Shown: positions 1 through 8,182 of the stretch, piece after piece
Layout of the letters: each line of letters opens with the position of its first letter
How positions within the stretch are numbered: the stretch's first letter is position 1
NCBI GenBank assembly: GCA_036261425.1
Contig: DATAKU010000123.1
Location: forward strand, 1-37,651
Reading direction: 5' to 3'
Origin: Candidatus Limnocylindria bacterium
Lineage (GTDB): Bacteria; Chloroflexota; Limnocylindria; QHBO01
DNA: 37,651 bases
Notes under the pieces: generated by a model
Databases searched by the model: none
What the model was told of the DNA's origin: nothing
Seen by the model: the letters and a program-made list of their open reading frames with translations, nothing else
Made by a program: the position numbers and the translations under genes

Positions 1-38
1 AGCATCCGGTCCGATGCGCTCAGCCGGTCGACGCTCAT
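1..38 (-). CDS. 5-prime end (12 codons, MSVDRLSASDRM..) of a further minus-strand gene running off the left edge
   Basis: The ATG at 38..36 overlaps the amidase TGA (37..35) as ATGA. This is the same coupling seen at the three junctions upstream. The fragment is too short to name. Confidence 0.3.
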   Translation of the reverse strand, partial: MSVDRLSASDRM

Positions 39-1489
39 GAGCCCCGATCTCCCGCCCGCGGCTCGATCGGGGTCAGCACCCCCAGGCGCTCCTCCAGCGC
101 CTGGGCCGCGTCGAGACAGGCGTCCTCGCGGAAGCGCGGACCGATGATCTGGACGACCCGGGGCAGCCCCTCGCCGACGCCAACCGGCACGGCCACGGCC
201 GGGAGCCCCAGCGCGTTGACCGCCATCGCCATCCGCATGCGCTGGAGCGTCTCCGCGACCGCGCCGTCGTCGAGGTCGCGGCCCGCCGCGAACGGCCGGT
301 GGCTGCCGATGGGGGCAAGGATGAGCGGATGGTCTGCCTGGAACGCGCTCCACGACCGGAGCAGTGCGCTCCGCCCGACCAGGCTGCGGAACCCACCGAG
401 GGCGCTCACCTCGCCGGCCACGGACTGGAACTCGGTGAGGAATCGGCGGGTGTCGTCCGGCAGCATCGGTGCCGTGGTGGTCCACAGTGCGCGCACGTCC
501 GGCGTGTTCAGCATGTCGAGCAGCATTCGACACGCCTCCTCGACTCCGGGTGGCTCCAGCTCCTCGACCACGTATCCCGCGTCCTCGAGCGTCGTGGCGG
601 CCGTGCGGAGGCCGTCGGCCACCTGGGGGTCGACACCGAGTCCGCCCGGATCGAGAACGAGGGCCACGCGCACGGGCCTGGCCAGGTCCGGGCCCTCGAC
701 GGGAGCGGGCACCGACCACGGATCGCGCGGATCCAGGCCGGCCATCACCGCCAGCGCGGCGCGAAGATCGGCGACGTGCCGCGCCATCGGCCCGTTCACG
801 CTGGTCAGCTGGACACCGATGGCCAGGTCGCCGGGCCCCGTGCTCGACGCGTCGGGGATGCGGCCGAGCGTCGGCTTCAGCGCCGCCACCCCGCAGCATT
901 GGGCCGGCCAGCGTAGCGAGCCGAGCCCGTCGTTGCCGACCCCGAGCGGACTCATGCCGGTCGCCACCGCCACTGCCTCGCCGCCGCTCGAGGCGCCGGG
1001 AGTCACGGACGCATTCCAGGGGTTGATCGTCGCGCCGTAGAGCTCGCTGTCGGTGTGCCAACGGACCGCCAGGCTCGGGCAGTTCGTGTGGCCGAGGGGG
1101 ATCGCGCCGGCCGCCCGCAGACGCTCCACGCTCGGGGCGTCGCGCGACGGGTAGGCGCCGGCGAGCGCGCGCAGACCCATCGTCGTGGCCGTCCCGACCA
1201 GGTCCAGGTTCTCCTTGACGGTGAACGGTACGCCGTGCAGCGGCCCCAGCGTGCCGCCCGCCGCCACCGCACGGTCCGCCTCTCGAGCGCCCTCCATGGC
1301 CGCGTCGGCCATCAGGACGGTGATGGCGTTGACCGCCGGGTTCACCGCCGCGATGCGGTCGAGGTGGGCCTGCACGACCTCGCGGCTGGAGAAGGTCCGC
1401 TGCCGGATGCCGGCGGCCAGCTCCCATGCCGCGAACCGCCACGGGTCGGCAGCCGCGCTGGCGTCCGTCGCCTTCGTCGTGACGGTCAT
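35..1489 (-). CDS. amidase-signature (AS) family amidase, 484 aa
   Basis: Carries the AS block GASSGGEAVAVATG...GNDGLGSLRWPA with an upstream Lys in FTVKENLD. The ORF is full length. Its start overlaps the upstream stop as ATGA at 1486..1489. Confidence 0.9.
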   Translation of the reverse strand: MTVTTKATDASAAADPWRFAAWELAAGIRQRTFSSREVVQAHLDRIAAVNPAVNAITVLMADAAMEGAREADRAVAAGGTLGPLHGVPFTVKENLDLVGTATTMGLRALAGAYPSRDAPSVERLRAAGAIPLGHTNCPSLAVRWHTDSELYGATINPWNASVTPGASSGGEAVAVATGMSPLGVGNDGLGSLRWPAQCCGVAALKPTLGRIPDASSTGPGDLAIGVQLTSVNGPMARHVADLRAALAVMAGLDPRDPWSVPAPVEGPDLARPVRVALVLDPGGLGVDPQVADGLRTAATTLEDAGYVVEELEPPGVEEACRMLLDMLNTPDVRALWTTTAPMLPDDTRRFLTEFQSVAGEVSALGGFRSLVGRSALLRSWSAFQADHPLILAPIGSHRPFAAGRDLDDGAVAETLQRMRMAMAVNALGLPAVAVPVGVGEGLPRVVQIIGPRFREDACLDAAQALEERLGVLTPIEPRAGDRGS

Positions 1490-3078
1490 GGCTCCCGATT
1501 CCCTGGCGGGCCGCGACGTCCGGCGCGGGCTGCCACCAACCCCGCCGCGGCTGCCAGAGCGCCGGCCGCCACGACACCTCGGACCCGCCCGGCATCCGGG
1601 CGCCGAACGAACGAGATCGGCTGGCCGCCGAGATCGGTGTGGATGGCGGCCGCCGCGCGGCCGTCCGTGCCCGGTTCGAAGGCGAGTCGGAGGATCCCCA
1701 CGCCCAGGGCGGGCAGGACCGCCCGGAAGGCGAGGGGATCGTCGGCGTCATCCGGCTCGAGAGGCACGCCGCGCAGCAGCGCCGGCAGCGGGGCGCGGAC
1801 CCGCAGCGTGAGCTGGCCGCCGCGCACCAGGACCTCCAGTCCGCCGCCCATGCCCAGCCGACCGCGGAGGTCCGCGACCGGCGGGAGGACGTACCGACCG
1901 CACAGTGACGGCCACAGCTCCGGGCGGTGCGGGACGTCGCTCGGCGGCACCGGCTCGGTCGCGCCCAGAACGCGCAGCACCAGCCGCCGCGCCTCGGCCG
2001 GCATCCATGCCATCGCGCCGGGCGACCCGTTGGTGAGCAGCACCACGCCAGCGCCGACGTCGGGGGCCAACACCATGGTGGCGTGGAAGCCCGGGAGGAT
2101 GCCGTCGTGAGCGACGAGCCGATACCCCGCGGCCCGGGTCAGGAAGAAGGACAGCCCCAGCATCGGCAGCCGCGTGCCGGTCCGGTAATGCGGAGCCATC
2201 ATGGACGCGAGCGTCTCAGGCGCCAGGACGCGACCATCCTCGTTCGCGCCGCCGTTCAGCAGGGCGGCCGCGTAGCGCGCCATGTCGCTCGGCGTGGAGT
2301 ACACGCCGCCTCCCGCCGCACCGATCCATTCCCGGTCCGGAACCGGCAGCCCGCCCCGCCGGCCGAACGCGTACGCCGTGGCCAGGCGTGTGCGAACCCG
2401 CTCGGAGCGAAGCAGGTGGCTATCGGTCATGCCGAGTGGATCGAAGACGGCCTCGCGGAGGTATCGGTCCATCGGCAGGCCGGTGACGTCCTCCACGATC
2501 TGGCCAAGCGTCGCGAAGCCGTGGTTGCTGTAGGCGAACGTCGATCCGGGCTCGGCCACGACGCGGAGCCCGCCACGGTAGTAGTCGGCGAGCGAGGGCA
2601 TCGGCGCTCCCGGCTCGACGCTGAGGAGCGCCGGACGGGCGAAGAACGGTCCCCACGTCGGATGGAACAGGTCGCGGAGGCGGACGACCTCGGGAATCCC
2701 GGCCGTGTGCGTCAGCAGGTGACGGGGCGTCGCGGGACGATACGCCGGCCGGGCGGAGGTCAGCCGGAACGACCGCAGGACCTCGGTGGCCGGGGCGTCG
2801 AGATCGACGAGACCGCGCTCCACGAGCTGCATGACGGCGATGGCGGTCATCGTCTTCGTCACCGAGCCGATGCGGAAGACGGTGTCGGCCTCCACGCTCT
2901 CGCCGGTGCCGAGATCCGCGAGCCCGTGGAGGTGGTGCTCCACCGCGCCGTCGCGCAGGACCGTCACCGCCAGGCCGACCGCCGGGTGCCGATGGAGGAT
3001 CTCGCGGAGGTCGGGCCTCAGGTCGATGACCGGGCGAGACGCCGCGCGGCGCGCGGGCCGCGGGACGGTGGCGGTCAT
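1486..3078 (-). CDS. beta-lactamase-fold serine hydrolase (class C / DD-peptidase / esterase family), 530 aa, with extra C-terminal domain and terminal hydrophobic helix
   Basis: SxxK motif SVTK in FRIGSVTKTMTAIAVMQLVERG. I trimmed the track ORF (to 3372) to the ATG at 3078 (MTATVPRP), because upstream of it the alpha/beta hydrolase frame is the coding one. ATGA overlap at 3075..3078. The C-terminus VVAAGALAAAAGLVAA is hydrophobic. Confidence 0.82.
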   Translation of the reverse strand: MTATVPRPARRAASRPVIDLRPDLREILHRHPAVGLAVTVLRDGAVEHHLHGLADLGTGESVEADTVFRIGSVTKTMTAIAVMQLVERGLVDLDAPATEVLRSFRLTSARPAYRPATPRHLLTHTAGIPEVVRLRDLFHPTWGPFFARPALLSVEPGAPMPSLADYYRGGLRVVAEPGSTFAYSNHGFATLGQIVEDVTGLPMDRYLREAVFDPLGMTDSHLLRSERVRTRLATAYAFGRRGGLPVPDREWIGAAGGGVYSTPSDMARYAAALLNGGANEDGRVLAPETLASMMAPHYRTGTRLPMLGLSFFLTRAAGYRLVAHDGILPGFHATMVLAPDVGAGVVLLTNGSPGAMAWMPAEARRLVLRVLGATEPVPPSDVPHRPELWPSLCGRYVLPPVADLRGRLGMGGGLEVLVRGGQLTLRVRAPLPALLRGVPLEPDDADDPLAFRAVLPALGVGILRLAFEPGTDGRAAAAIHTDLGGQPISFVRRPDAGRVRGVVAAGALAAAAGLVAARAGRRGPPGNREP

Positions 3079-3935
3079 CGCGTGCTCCCGACGGATGCGC
3101 GAGTCGGCAGGAAGGCCCGGATGGCGTCCATGACCTCGTCCGGGCGTTCCGACTGCGGATTGTGGGCCGCACCGTCCACCAGCACGAGCCGCGCATCCGG
3201 GATACCGGCCGCCAGCCCTTCCTGGTGCTCGGGCGGGAAGAGGAAGTCCTCGCGCCCCGCGATCAGGAGAGTCGGCGCCCGGATCTCGCCGAGCCGATTC
3301 ATGACGCTCCAGCCAGAGAGCAGGTGCTGCCCGGCCCAGATCAGCGGCTCGGCACGAGGCCGGGAGTGCCACTCCCCCGCCATGAGGTCACGCAGCATCC
3401 GGTGCAGCGGGTAATCGTGGTGATACGCGTCACCGAGGCGCCAGAGCGCCGGGAGGTACTCGCGCGGCGCGATGCGGCCGTTGAAGAAGCGCCGGGTCAG
3501 CCGGACGAGCTTCGGGTCGTAGCCACGAGCCTCCAGGAGCTTCGCCGCGTTGTCCTGCGGCCAGCGGCTGTCCCCGCCGCTGTTGACCAGGATCAGGCGC
3601 TCCACGCGGTCCGGGTGGCGCAGCGCGTACTCGAGCGCCACCTTGCCGCCGAACGAGTGGCCGAGGACGGTCCAGCGCTCGTAGCCGAGCGCCTCACGCA
3701 GCGCATCGGCATCTGCGGTCAGGTTCTCCCAGGTCATCGTTTCGACCGGGGCGCCCACCGATCGACCGTTGCAGCGGTGGTCGTAGAACACCAGCGTGAA
3801 CCGATCCGCCAGCCGCCGGAACGGCAGCATCGTCCACAGGTCGGCGCCGGGACCGCCGTGCATGAGCACGATGGGCGGCCCCATTCCCATGACCTCCACG
3901 TTGAGCTGGACATCGCGGATCGGCAGGAGCGGCAT
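3075..3935 (-). CDS. alpha/beta hydrolase, proline-iminopeptidase-like, 286 aa
   Basis: HGGPG oxyanion motif (LMHGGPGADLW) and nucleophile elbow GHSFGG. A GGAAGGTGG Shine-Dalgarno lies about 8 nt upstream of the ATG at 3935. Confidence 0.85.
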   Translation of the reverse strand: MPLLPIRDVQLNVEVMGMGPPIVLMHGGPGADLWTMLPFRRLADRFTLVFYDHRCNGRSVGAPVETMTWENLTADADALREALGYERWTVLGHSFGGKVALEYALRHPDRVERLILVNSGGDSRWPQDNAAKLLEARGYDPKLVRLTRRFFNGRIAPREYLPALWRLGDAYHHDYPLHRMLRDLMAGEWHSRPRAEPLIWAGQHLLSGWSVMNRLGEIRAPTLLIAGREDFLFPPEHQEGLAAGIPDARLVLVDGAAHNPQSERPDEVMDAIRAFLPTRASVGSTR

Positions 3936-4048
3936 CGGTCACCACCTTCCATGCGGGACGGCTCCAACCAGGCACGGTCCCCGTGGCGTGGTCCGATGGC
4001 AAGGGCCGAATGTCGTGACCTGGAGGACGGCCCTCGCGTGCAGGGCTG

Positions 4049-4672
4049 TCAGTCCGCGGCGGTGGACACCGACACGGCGCGGGCGCGGTCGTCGGCCATG
4101 GTCGAGCGGCCGCGATCACGGCCGATGGCGTCGCCGAGCCGGCGCAGTGCCCGATGCAGCCGGCTCCGGAACGCGACCTCGCCCACGCCCAGCGTGCGCG
4201 CGGCCTCGGCCGTCGAGAGATCGAGGTAGTAGCGCAGGGCCAGGGCGCTGCGATCGTCCGGCGACAGCGTTCGGAACGCGGCGGCCAGTTCGTCCCGTCG
4301 GGCCAGATTCTCGAGTCCGTCCATCACGGCAGGCTCCGGCGCCCAGGCGATCGAGATGACGTCGCCCCGCCGACGACGGCGGCGGCCCTCGTCGTGGGCC
4401 GCGTTCACGACCAGGCGACGGAGCCACGCCTCGAACCGACCGGGGTCACGCAGCGCGGGCAGATCCCGCCAGGCGCGGACCAGCGCGTCCTGCGTCACAT
4501 CCTCGACGGCCGCGGGGTCACCCGTCACCAGGCCGGCAAGGCCGTACAGCCGTGGGATCAGAGGGCGGACGAGCGCGGAGAAGGCGTCGTGGTCTCCCCG
4601 CCTGGCGCGTCGGACGAGCGCTCGCTGTCGAGGTGGCGTTCCGGTCCCCACGCGCCGATCATGCCCCGCCAC
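4049..4672 (-). CDS. ECF-type sigma-70 family RNA polymerase sigma factor, about 207 aa
   Basis: Region 2 (DHDAFSALVRPLIPRLYGLAGLVTGDPAAVEDVTQDALVRAWRDL) and region 4 (LSPDDRSALALRYYLDLSTAEAARTLGVGEVAFRSRLHRALRRL). The start is a GTG and its exact position is uncertain. Confidence 0.85.
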   Translation of the reverse strand: MAGHDRRVGTGTPPRQRALVRRARRGDHDAFSALVRPLIPRLYGLAGLVTGDPAAVEDVTQDALVRAWRDLPALRDPGRFEAWLRRLVVNAAHDEGRRRRRRGDVISIAWAPEPAVMDGLENLARRDELAAAFRTLSPDDRSALALRYYLDLSTAEAARTLGVGEVAFRSRLHRALRRLGDAIGRDRGRSTMADDRARAVSVSTAAD

Positions 4673-5067
4673 CGCGCTCTCTCGTAACTGTCATTTGACG
4701 TAGACGGTGGATAGTTCGCCACCGTGCGCCGCTGGTCGCTCGGAGCATCGAGCCCATGACGGGCTCAGGCGCGTGGCCGTCGCTGTGGTCGCTCTCGTCG
4801 CGCTCGGGATGGCTGCCGGCCGTCGTCGGCGTCGCTCCGGCCGTCTGGGCTCGGGCCGGCCGCGGCGGGGCCGGCCGCCCGCGTCGGTGTCCGGCTCCGG
4901 CTCCGTCTCCGATTCGCTCCGAAGCGGACGCGTGATCACGTGCTGCCGGCGATTCGCTGTTTCCCTGGCGTGGCGGAGGGGCGGTGCCAGCAGTGTGCGG
5001 TCCGAGCCGGCCGTCGGGAAACACCAACCCCGGATCGGTCGACAACGCCGGGTTGTGGCCACCGTAC

Positions 5068-5988
5068 TCAACCGGCCGCGGACGAGCCCTCGGCAAGGGT
5101 GTCGCGAACGCAGGAGACGAACGCATCGATCAGCGGATCGTCGGTCGCTGACGGCCAGGCCAGCACGACCGACCCGGGCTCGACGTCGACGACCGGGACC
5201 GTGACGATCTCGTCCGGGATGTAGACCGCCGCCAGGGTGGGAAGGGTGAACCCGACGCCACGGCCCGAGGCCACGATCGGAACCCACTCCACGCCGGATC
5301 GGATGGCGGGGGCCGTCGATGGTTCGCCGAGCGGGTGGCTGAACCAGAAGCGGGCCCACGCGCTGTCCGCCGCCGGTACCCGCAGCCAGGGCAGGCCCGC
5401 CAGGTCTTCGGCACGCAGCTCGGCATGCGCCGCCAGCGGATGCCCGGCCGGAAGCATGACGTGCCGTGGTTCGGTGAGCACCATGAGCGCCTCCATGCCG
5501 CCCAGCGTCAGGGGCGCCAGGACGAAGGCCGCCTGGCTGGTGCCGGAGGCCAACCCGGCCGTCGGATCGGTGTGGTCGTACCCCACCACGCGCAGGTCGA
5601 CGTCTGGCGCTCGCTCCGCGAAGCGCCGGAGCGACTCACGCACGACCGGCGCGCCGTGGACGGCCATGGCGACGCCGACGACCAGGCTGCCGCGCCGCCC
5701 CGTGGCGGCCAGCTCCACCTCGTGCAGCGCCTCCCCGAGCGCGGCCAGGACACGGCGCGCGGCAGGCAGGAGCGCCTCGCCGGCGCTGGTCAGCGCGACG
5801 TGCCGCGTGCTCCGCGAGAAGAGGCGCACGCCGAGCCGATCCTCGAGCTCCCGGATCACGATGCTCAGCCGCTGCTGGGCCACGTGCAGGCGCCCGGCCG
5901 CGCGCGTGAAGTTCAGCTCCTCGGCGACGGCGAGGAAGTAGCGCAGGTCGCGAACCTCGATCGGAGGCTCGAGCTCGACCGGCAGCAT
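5068..5988 (-). CDS. LysR-family transcriptional regulator, 306 aa
   Basis: N-terminal wHTH LRYFLAVAEELNFTRAAGRLHVAQQRLSIVIRELEDRLGVRLFSRSTR followed by a substrate-binding domain. Trimmed from the track ORF (6189) to the ATG at 5988 (MLPVELEPP), which gives the normal spacing before the HTH. Confidence 0.88.
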   Translation of the reverse strand: MLPVELEPPIEVRDLRYFLAVAEELNFTRAAGRLHVAQQRLSIVIRELEDRLGVRLFSRSTRHVALTSAGEALLPAARRVLAALGEALHEVELAATGRRGSLVVGVAMAVHGAPVVRESLRRFAERAPDVDLRVVGYDHTDPTAGLASGTSQAAFVLAPLTLGGMEALMVLTEPRHVMLPAGHPLAAHAELRAEDLAGLPWLRVPAADSAWARFWFSHPLGEPSTAPAIRSGVEWVPIVASGRGVGFTLPTLAAVYIPDEIVTVPVVDVEPGSVVLAWPSATDDPLIDAFVSCVRDTLAEGSSAAG

Positions 5989-6166
5989 GTGCTCCGGCGT
6001 CCGCTCCTCCACAGCGGTCGATTGTAGGCCGGTGCCCCCCGATTCCACACGCCGCAGTTGTGACTCCATCCGCGACCGATGTTTCCCACCGCGTCGCGGG
6101 GCCGGCAGACTGGGCGGCCTGGAGGGAGGTCCGAACTCGATTCGCACCGTCCGGGAGGACCTCCGC
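5989..6166. promoter_or_regulatory. divergent LysR / target-gene control region with inverted repeat CCGCGAC-N16-GTCGCGG (6070..6099)
   Basis: A 178-nt gap separates the divergent LysR gene from the membrane-protein/MFS genes. It contains a perfect 7-bp inverted repeat read directly. Promoter positions were not determined. Confidence 0.3.
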
Positions 6167-6556
6167 ATGCAACGACCCCTGCGAGCCATCGTCTACGGCT
6201 TCGCCATCTGGTGGCTGTGGTTCGGTTTCGTCGGCGTCAGCCAGCTGCTGCCCGATTCGATCCTGGCCCTGCCCTCCTACGCCATGGCACGACTGCTCGT
6301 CCTGGTGCTCCTGGTGGTCGGTTTCGCGATCGACTACCTGCGGCGCGTCGAGCGCAGCAGCGCCACGGAAGGGCTGGCCGTGGGACTGACCTGGATGGCG
6401 CTGATGATCGCCAACGACATCGGTCACTTCCTCGCCATGGAGCCGGTCGACCTGGGCCTCTACTTCGTGGCGTCCGCGCCGCTGTACGCGTTCATCCCGC
6501 TGATCACGACCGCCACCTTCGGGAACCTGATGCGGGCTCGACGGAGCCCGTCCTGA
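6167..6556 (+). CDS. small integral membrane protein (about 4 TM), 129 aa, unknown family
   Basis: The ATG at 6167 is preceded by GGGAGGA. The sequence has hydrophobic segments (IVYGFAIWWLWFGFVGV, LLVLVLLVVGFAI, LAVGLTWMALMIA, LYFVASAPLYAFIPLI). The upstream part of the track ORF is Arg/Cys-rich and not protein-like. Confidence 0.5.
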   Translation: MQRPLRAIVYGFAIWWLWFGFVGVSQLLPDSILALPSYAMARLLVLVLLVVGFAIDYLRRVERSSATEGLAVGLTWMALMIANDIGHFLAMEPVDLGLYFVASAPLYAFIPLITTATFGNLMRARRSPS

Positions 6557-6572
6557 AGGCCGGGCACGAGCC

Positions 6573-7862
6573 ATGACGACCGCCGATTCGCAGGTCGCGA
6601 CGCTGGAGCGGCGCATCCCTGGCCGGGGCATGACCCTGGCCGGTCCCGCGCTGGTCGGACTGTTGGCCGCCGCCCACGCCGCCTCGGACGTCCCGTATGC
6701 GGCCGTGTCCGCGCTGCTGCCGACCATCCAGGCCCGTTTCGGCCTCACCGAGGCGATGCTGTCGCTCATCGTCGCAACGTTCCTGTTCGGCGCGTCGGTC
6801 ACGCAGCCGCTGTTCGGGGCACTGGCGGATCGAGTCGGCGCGCGGATGGTCGGCGCCGCCGGCGTCCTGGCCAACGCCTTCCTCCTCTCCCTGGTCGGCG
6901 TGGCGCCGACCGTGTGGCTGGTCTTCGGCCTGGTGCTGAGCGGCGGCCTCGCCTCGGCGGCGCTGCACCCCGCCTTCACCGGCCTGGCTCGACGGAGCGC
7001 CGGCACCCGGGCCAGCCTGGCGGTCAGCGTCTTCAGCGCCGCGGGCACGCTCGGCGTGGCTCTGGGACCGGTGCTGGTGCTGGCAATCATGAGCAGCGCG
7101 GGTCTCGGTGGGACTCCACTGCTGATGCTGCCCGGCCTCGTGCTGGGTCTGGCCGCGTGGCTGCTGGTGCCGGATCAGCCGAGTCGGTCGCGTGAGCACC
7201 GGGCGTTCATCGATCTGCAGCTGGTGGCCGGTCCGGTCGGCGGGCTCACCCTGGCGACCGTCCTGCTGTTCGTGCCGGTCGTGGCGTTCGGTGCCGCCAT
7301 CGGCATCTGGCTCGTGGCCGAACAGGGCGTCGCACGCGACGCGCCACTGATCGGCTGGACCCTGTCAGCCTTCTCGCTCGCGGCAGCCGCCGGCGGGATC
7401 GTCGCCGGCGCGCTAGCGCCGCGCGTGAGCGCACGGCTCGCCGTCGGCGGCAGCCTGGTCGCCGCGCTGGTGCCGCTCTACGCGCTGTTCCTCGTCGAGG
7501 TCGGGTCGGCGGCCTGGTTCGCCGCGGTCATGCTCGCCGGCGCCCTGCTGAACGCGCCGATGCCGATCATGGTGGTCACGGCCCAGAACCTGGTTCCCCG
7601 CTCGATGGCCGCCGCGTCGGGGATGCTGCACGGCCTGGCGCACGGCGTCGCGGGGATCCTGTACATCGGTGTCGGGGCCCTGCAGGGCGTGCTCGGCATC
7701 GGTGCCGCCCTGGCGCTGACGTTCGCCCTGCCGGGAGTGGCGGCGCTGGTGGCGGTCGTCGTCCTGACGCGGATCGCCCGCTCACCGACGCAGCCCACCG
7801 CCGAGTGCACCTGCCGCGTGTGCCGCTGCACCATGCCGGTCTCGTGCGCCTGCGTCGCCTGA
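6573..7862 (+). CDS. MFS transporter, 429 aa, with Cys-rich C-terminal tail
   Basis: About 12 hydrophobic segments and an MFS loop motif (GALADRVGARM). The start could alternatively be the ATG at 6630. Confidence 0.85.
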   Translation: MTTADSQVATLERRIPGRGMTLAGPALVGLLAAAHAASDVPYAAVSALLPTIQARFGLTEAMLSLIVATFLFGASVTQPLFGALADRVGARMVGAAGVLANAFLLSLVGVAPTVWLVFGLVLSGGLASAALHPAFTGLARRSAGTRASLAVSVFSAAGTLGVALGPVLVLAIMSSAGLGGTPLLMLPGLVLGLAAWLLVPDQPSRSREHRAFIDLQLVAGPVGGLTLATVLLFVPVVAFGAAIGIWLVAEQGVARDAPLIGWTLSAFSLAAAAGGIVAGALAPRVSARLAVGGSLVAALVPLYALFLVEVGSAAWFAAVMLAGALLNAPMPIMVVTAQNLVPRSMAAASGMLHGLAHGVAGILYIGVGALQGVLGIGAALALTFALPGVAALVAVVVLTRIARSPTQPTAECTCRVCRCTMPVSCACVA

Positions 7863-7886
7863 GTCCAGGAGCCGCGGACGCACCTT

Positions 7887-8000
7887 CTACCGGTGGTACG
7901 GCACGTCCGCGACGATGGTGTTCGGGCGGAAGAAGAGCCGCAGCTTGAGCCGCAGGGCCATGTGGTTGCGGAGGACCGCCTCCCACCAGCGGTCTCCGCG
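7887..8000 (-). pseudogene. orphan 3-prime coding remnant (..GDRWWEAVLRNHMALRLKLRLFFRPNTIVADVPYHR*)
   Basis: About 36 consecutive codons end in G or C up to a TAG at 7889..7887. The only start codon in frame is the ATG at 7961 (24 codons), and it has no properly spaced SD. The frame runs open up into the tRNA. Confidence 0.25.
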
Positions 8001-8075
8001 CGCATGGCGCGATGCTACGCCTCCGCAATCGGTGGGCCGTGATCCGTGGCGCCTAAGGGGGCCGACGTCAGACGG

Positions 8076-8152
8076 TGGGGTGGCCTACGGGGCTTGAACC
8101 CGTAACCTCTGGAGCCACAATCCAGTGCTCTGCCGATTGAGCTAAGGCCACC
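8076..8152 (-). tRNA. tRNA-His: tRNA-His (anticodon GTG), 77 nt with encoded G-1 and encoded CCA
   Basis: Folded by hand as G(-1) GTGGCCT TA GCTC AATCGGCA GAGC A CTGGA TTGTGGC TCCAG AGGTT ACGGG TTCAAGC CCCGT AGGCCAC C CCA. All four stems are Watson-Crick. Confidence 0.95.
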
Positions 8153-8155
8153 ACG

Positions 8156-8182
8156 ATGCCGCGCGTGGTCGCAGCGCGGCAT
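8156..8182. repeat. perfect 9-bp inverted repeat ATGCCGCGC-N9-GCGCGGCAT, 3 nt upstream of tRNA-His
   Basis: Read directly. It lies between the VOC stop (8275) and the tRNA 5-prime end. It may be an operon terminator or a pre-tRNA leader structure. There is no T-tract. Confidence 0.4.

Noticed and set aside
3079-3372. N-terminal extensions of track ORFs: 1486..3372, 5068..6189, 8923..9579, 21975..23132, 23740..25020, 27217..28737, 28257..30362, 30221..30886, 30790..32340, 10789.., 5987.. and 13662...
   Set aside because: The extensions overlap the well-supported upstream gene in another frame, are Arg/Pro-rich, and precede an internal ATG/GTG that gives a canonical family N-terminus, often with an ATGA/GTGA overlap or an SD.
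4697-4717. Possible autoregulated ECF promoter (GAAC ... CGTC on the minus strand) upstream of the sigma gene.
   Set aside because: The spacing between the GAAC and CGTC elements is about 13 nt rather than the usual 16-17. The match is too weak to call without TSS data.
4756-4935. 59-codon plus-strand ORF (MTGSGAWPSLWSLSS..) with high third-position GC.
   Set aside because: The same third positions are shared with a minus-strand frame. The translation is low-complexity, has no SD and no recognisable family. It is treated as part of the unassigned spacer finding instead.
7915-8097. 60-aa plus-strand ORF overlapping tRNA-His.
   Set aside because: It is highly basic, Arg-rich antisense-type sequence. 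It overlaps a confident tRNA and shares third positions with the more protein-like minus-strand remnant.
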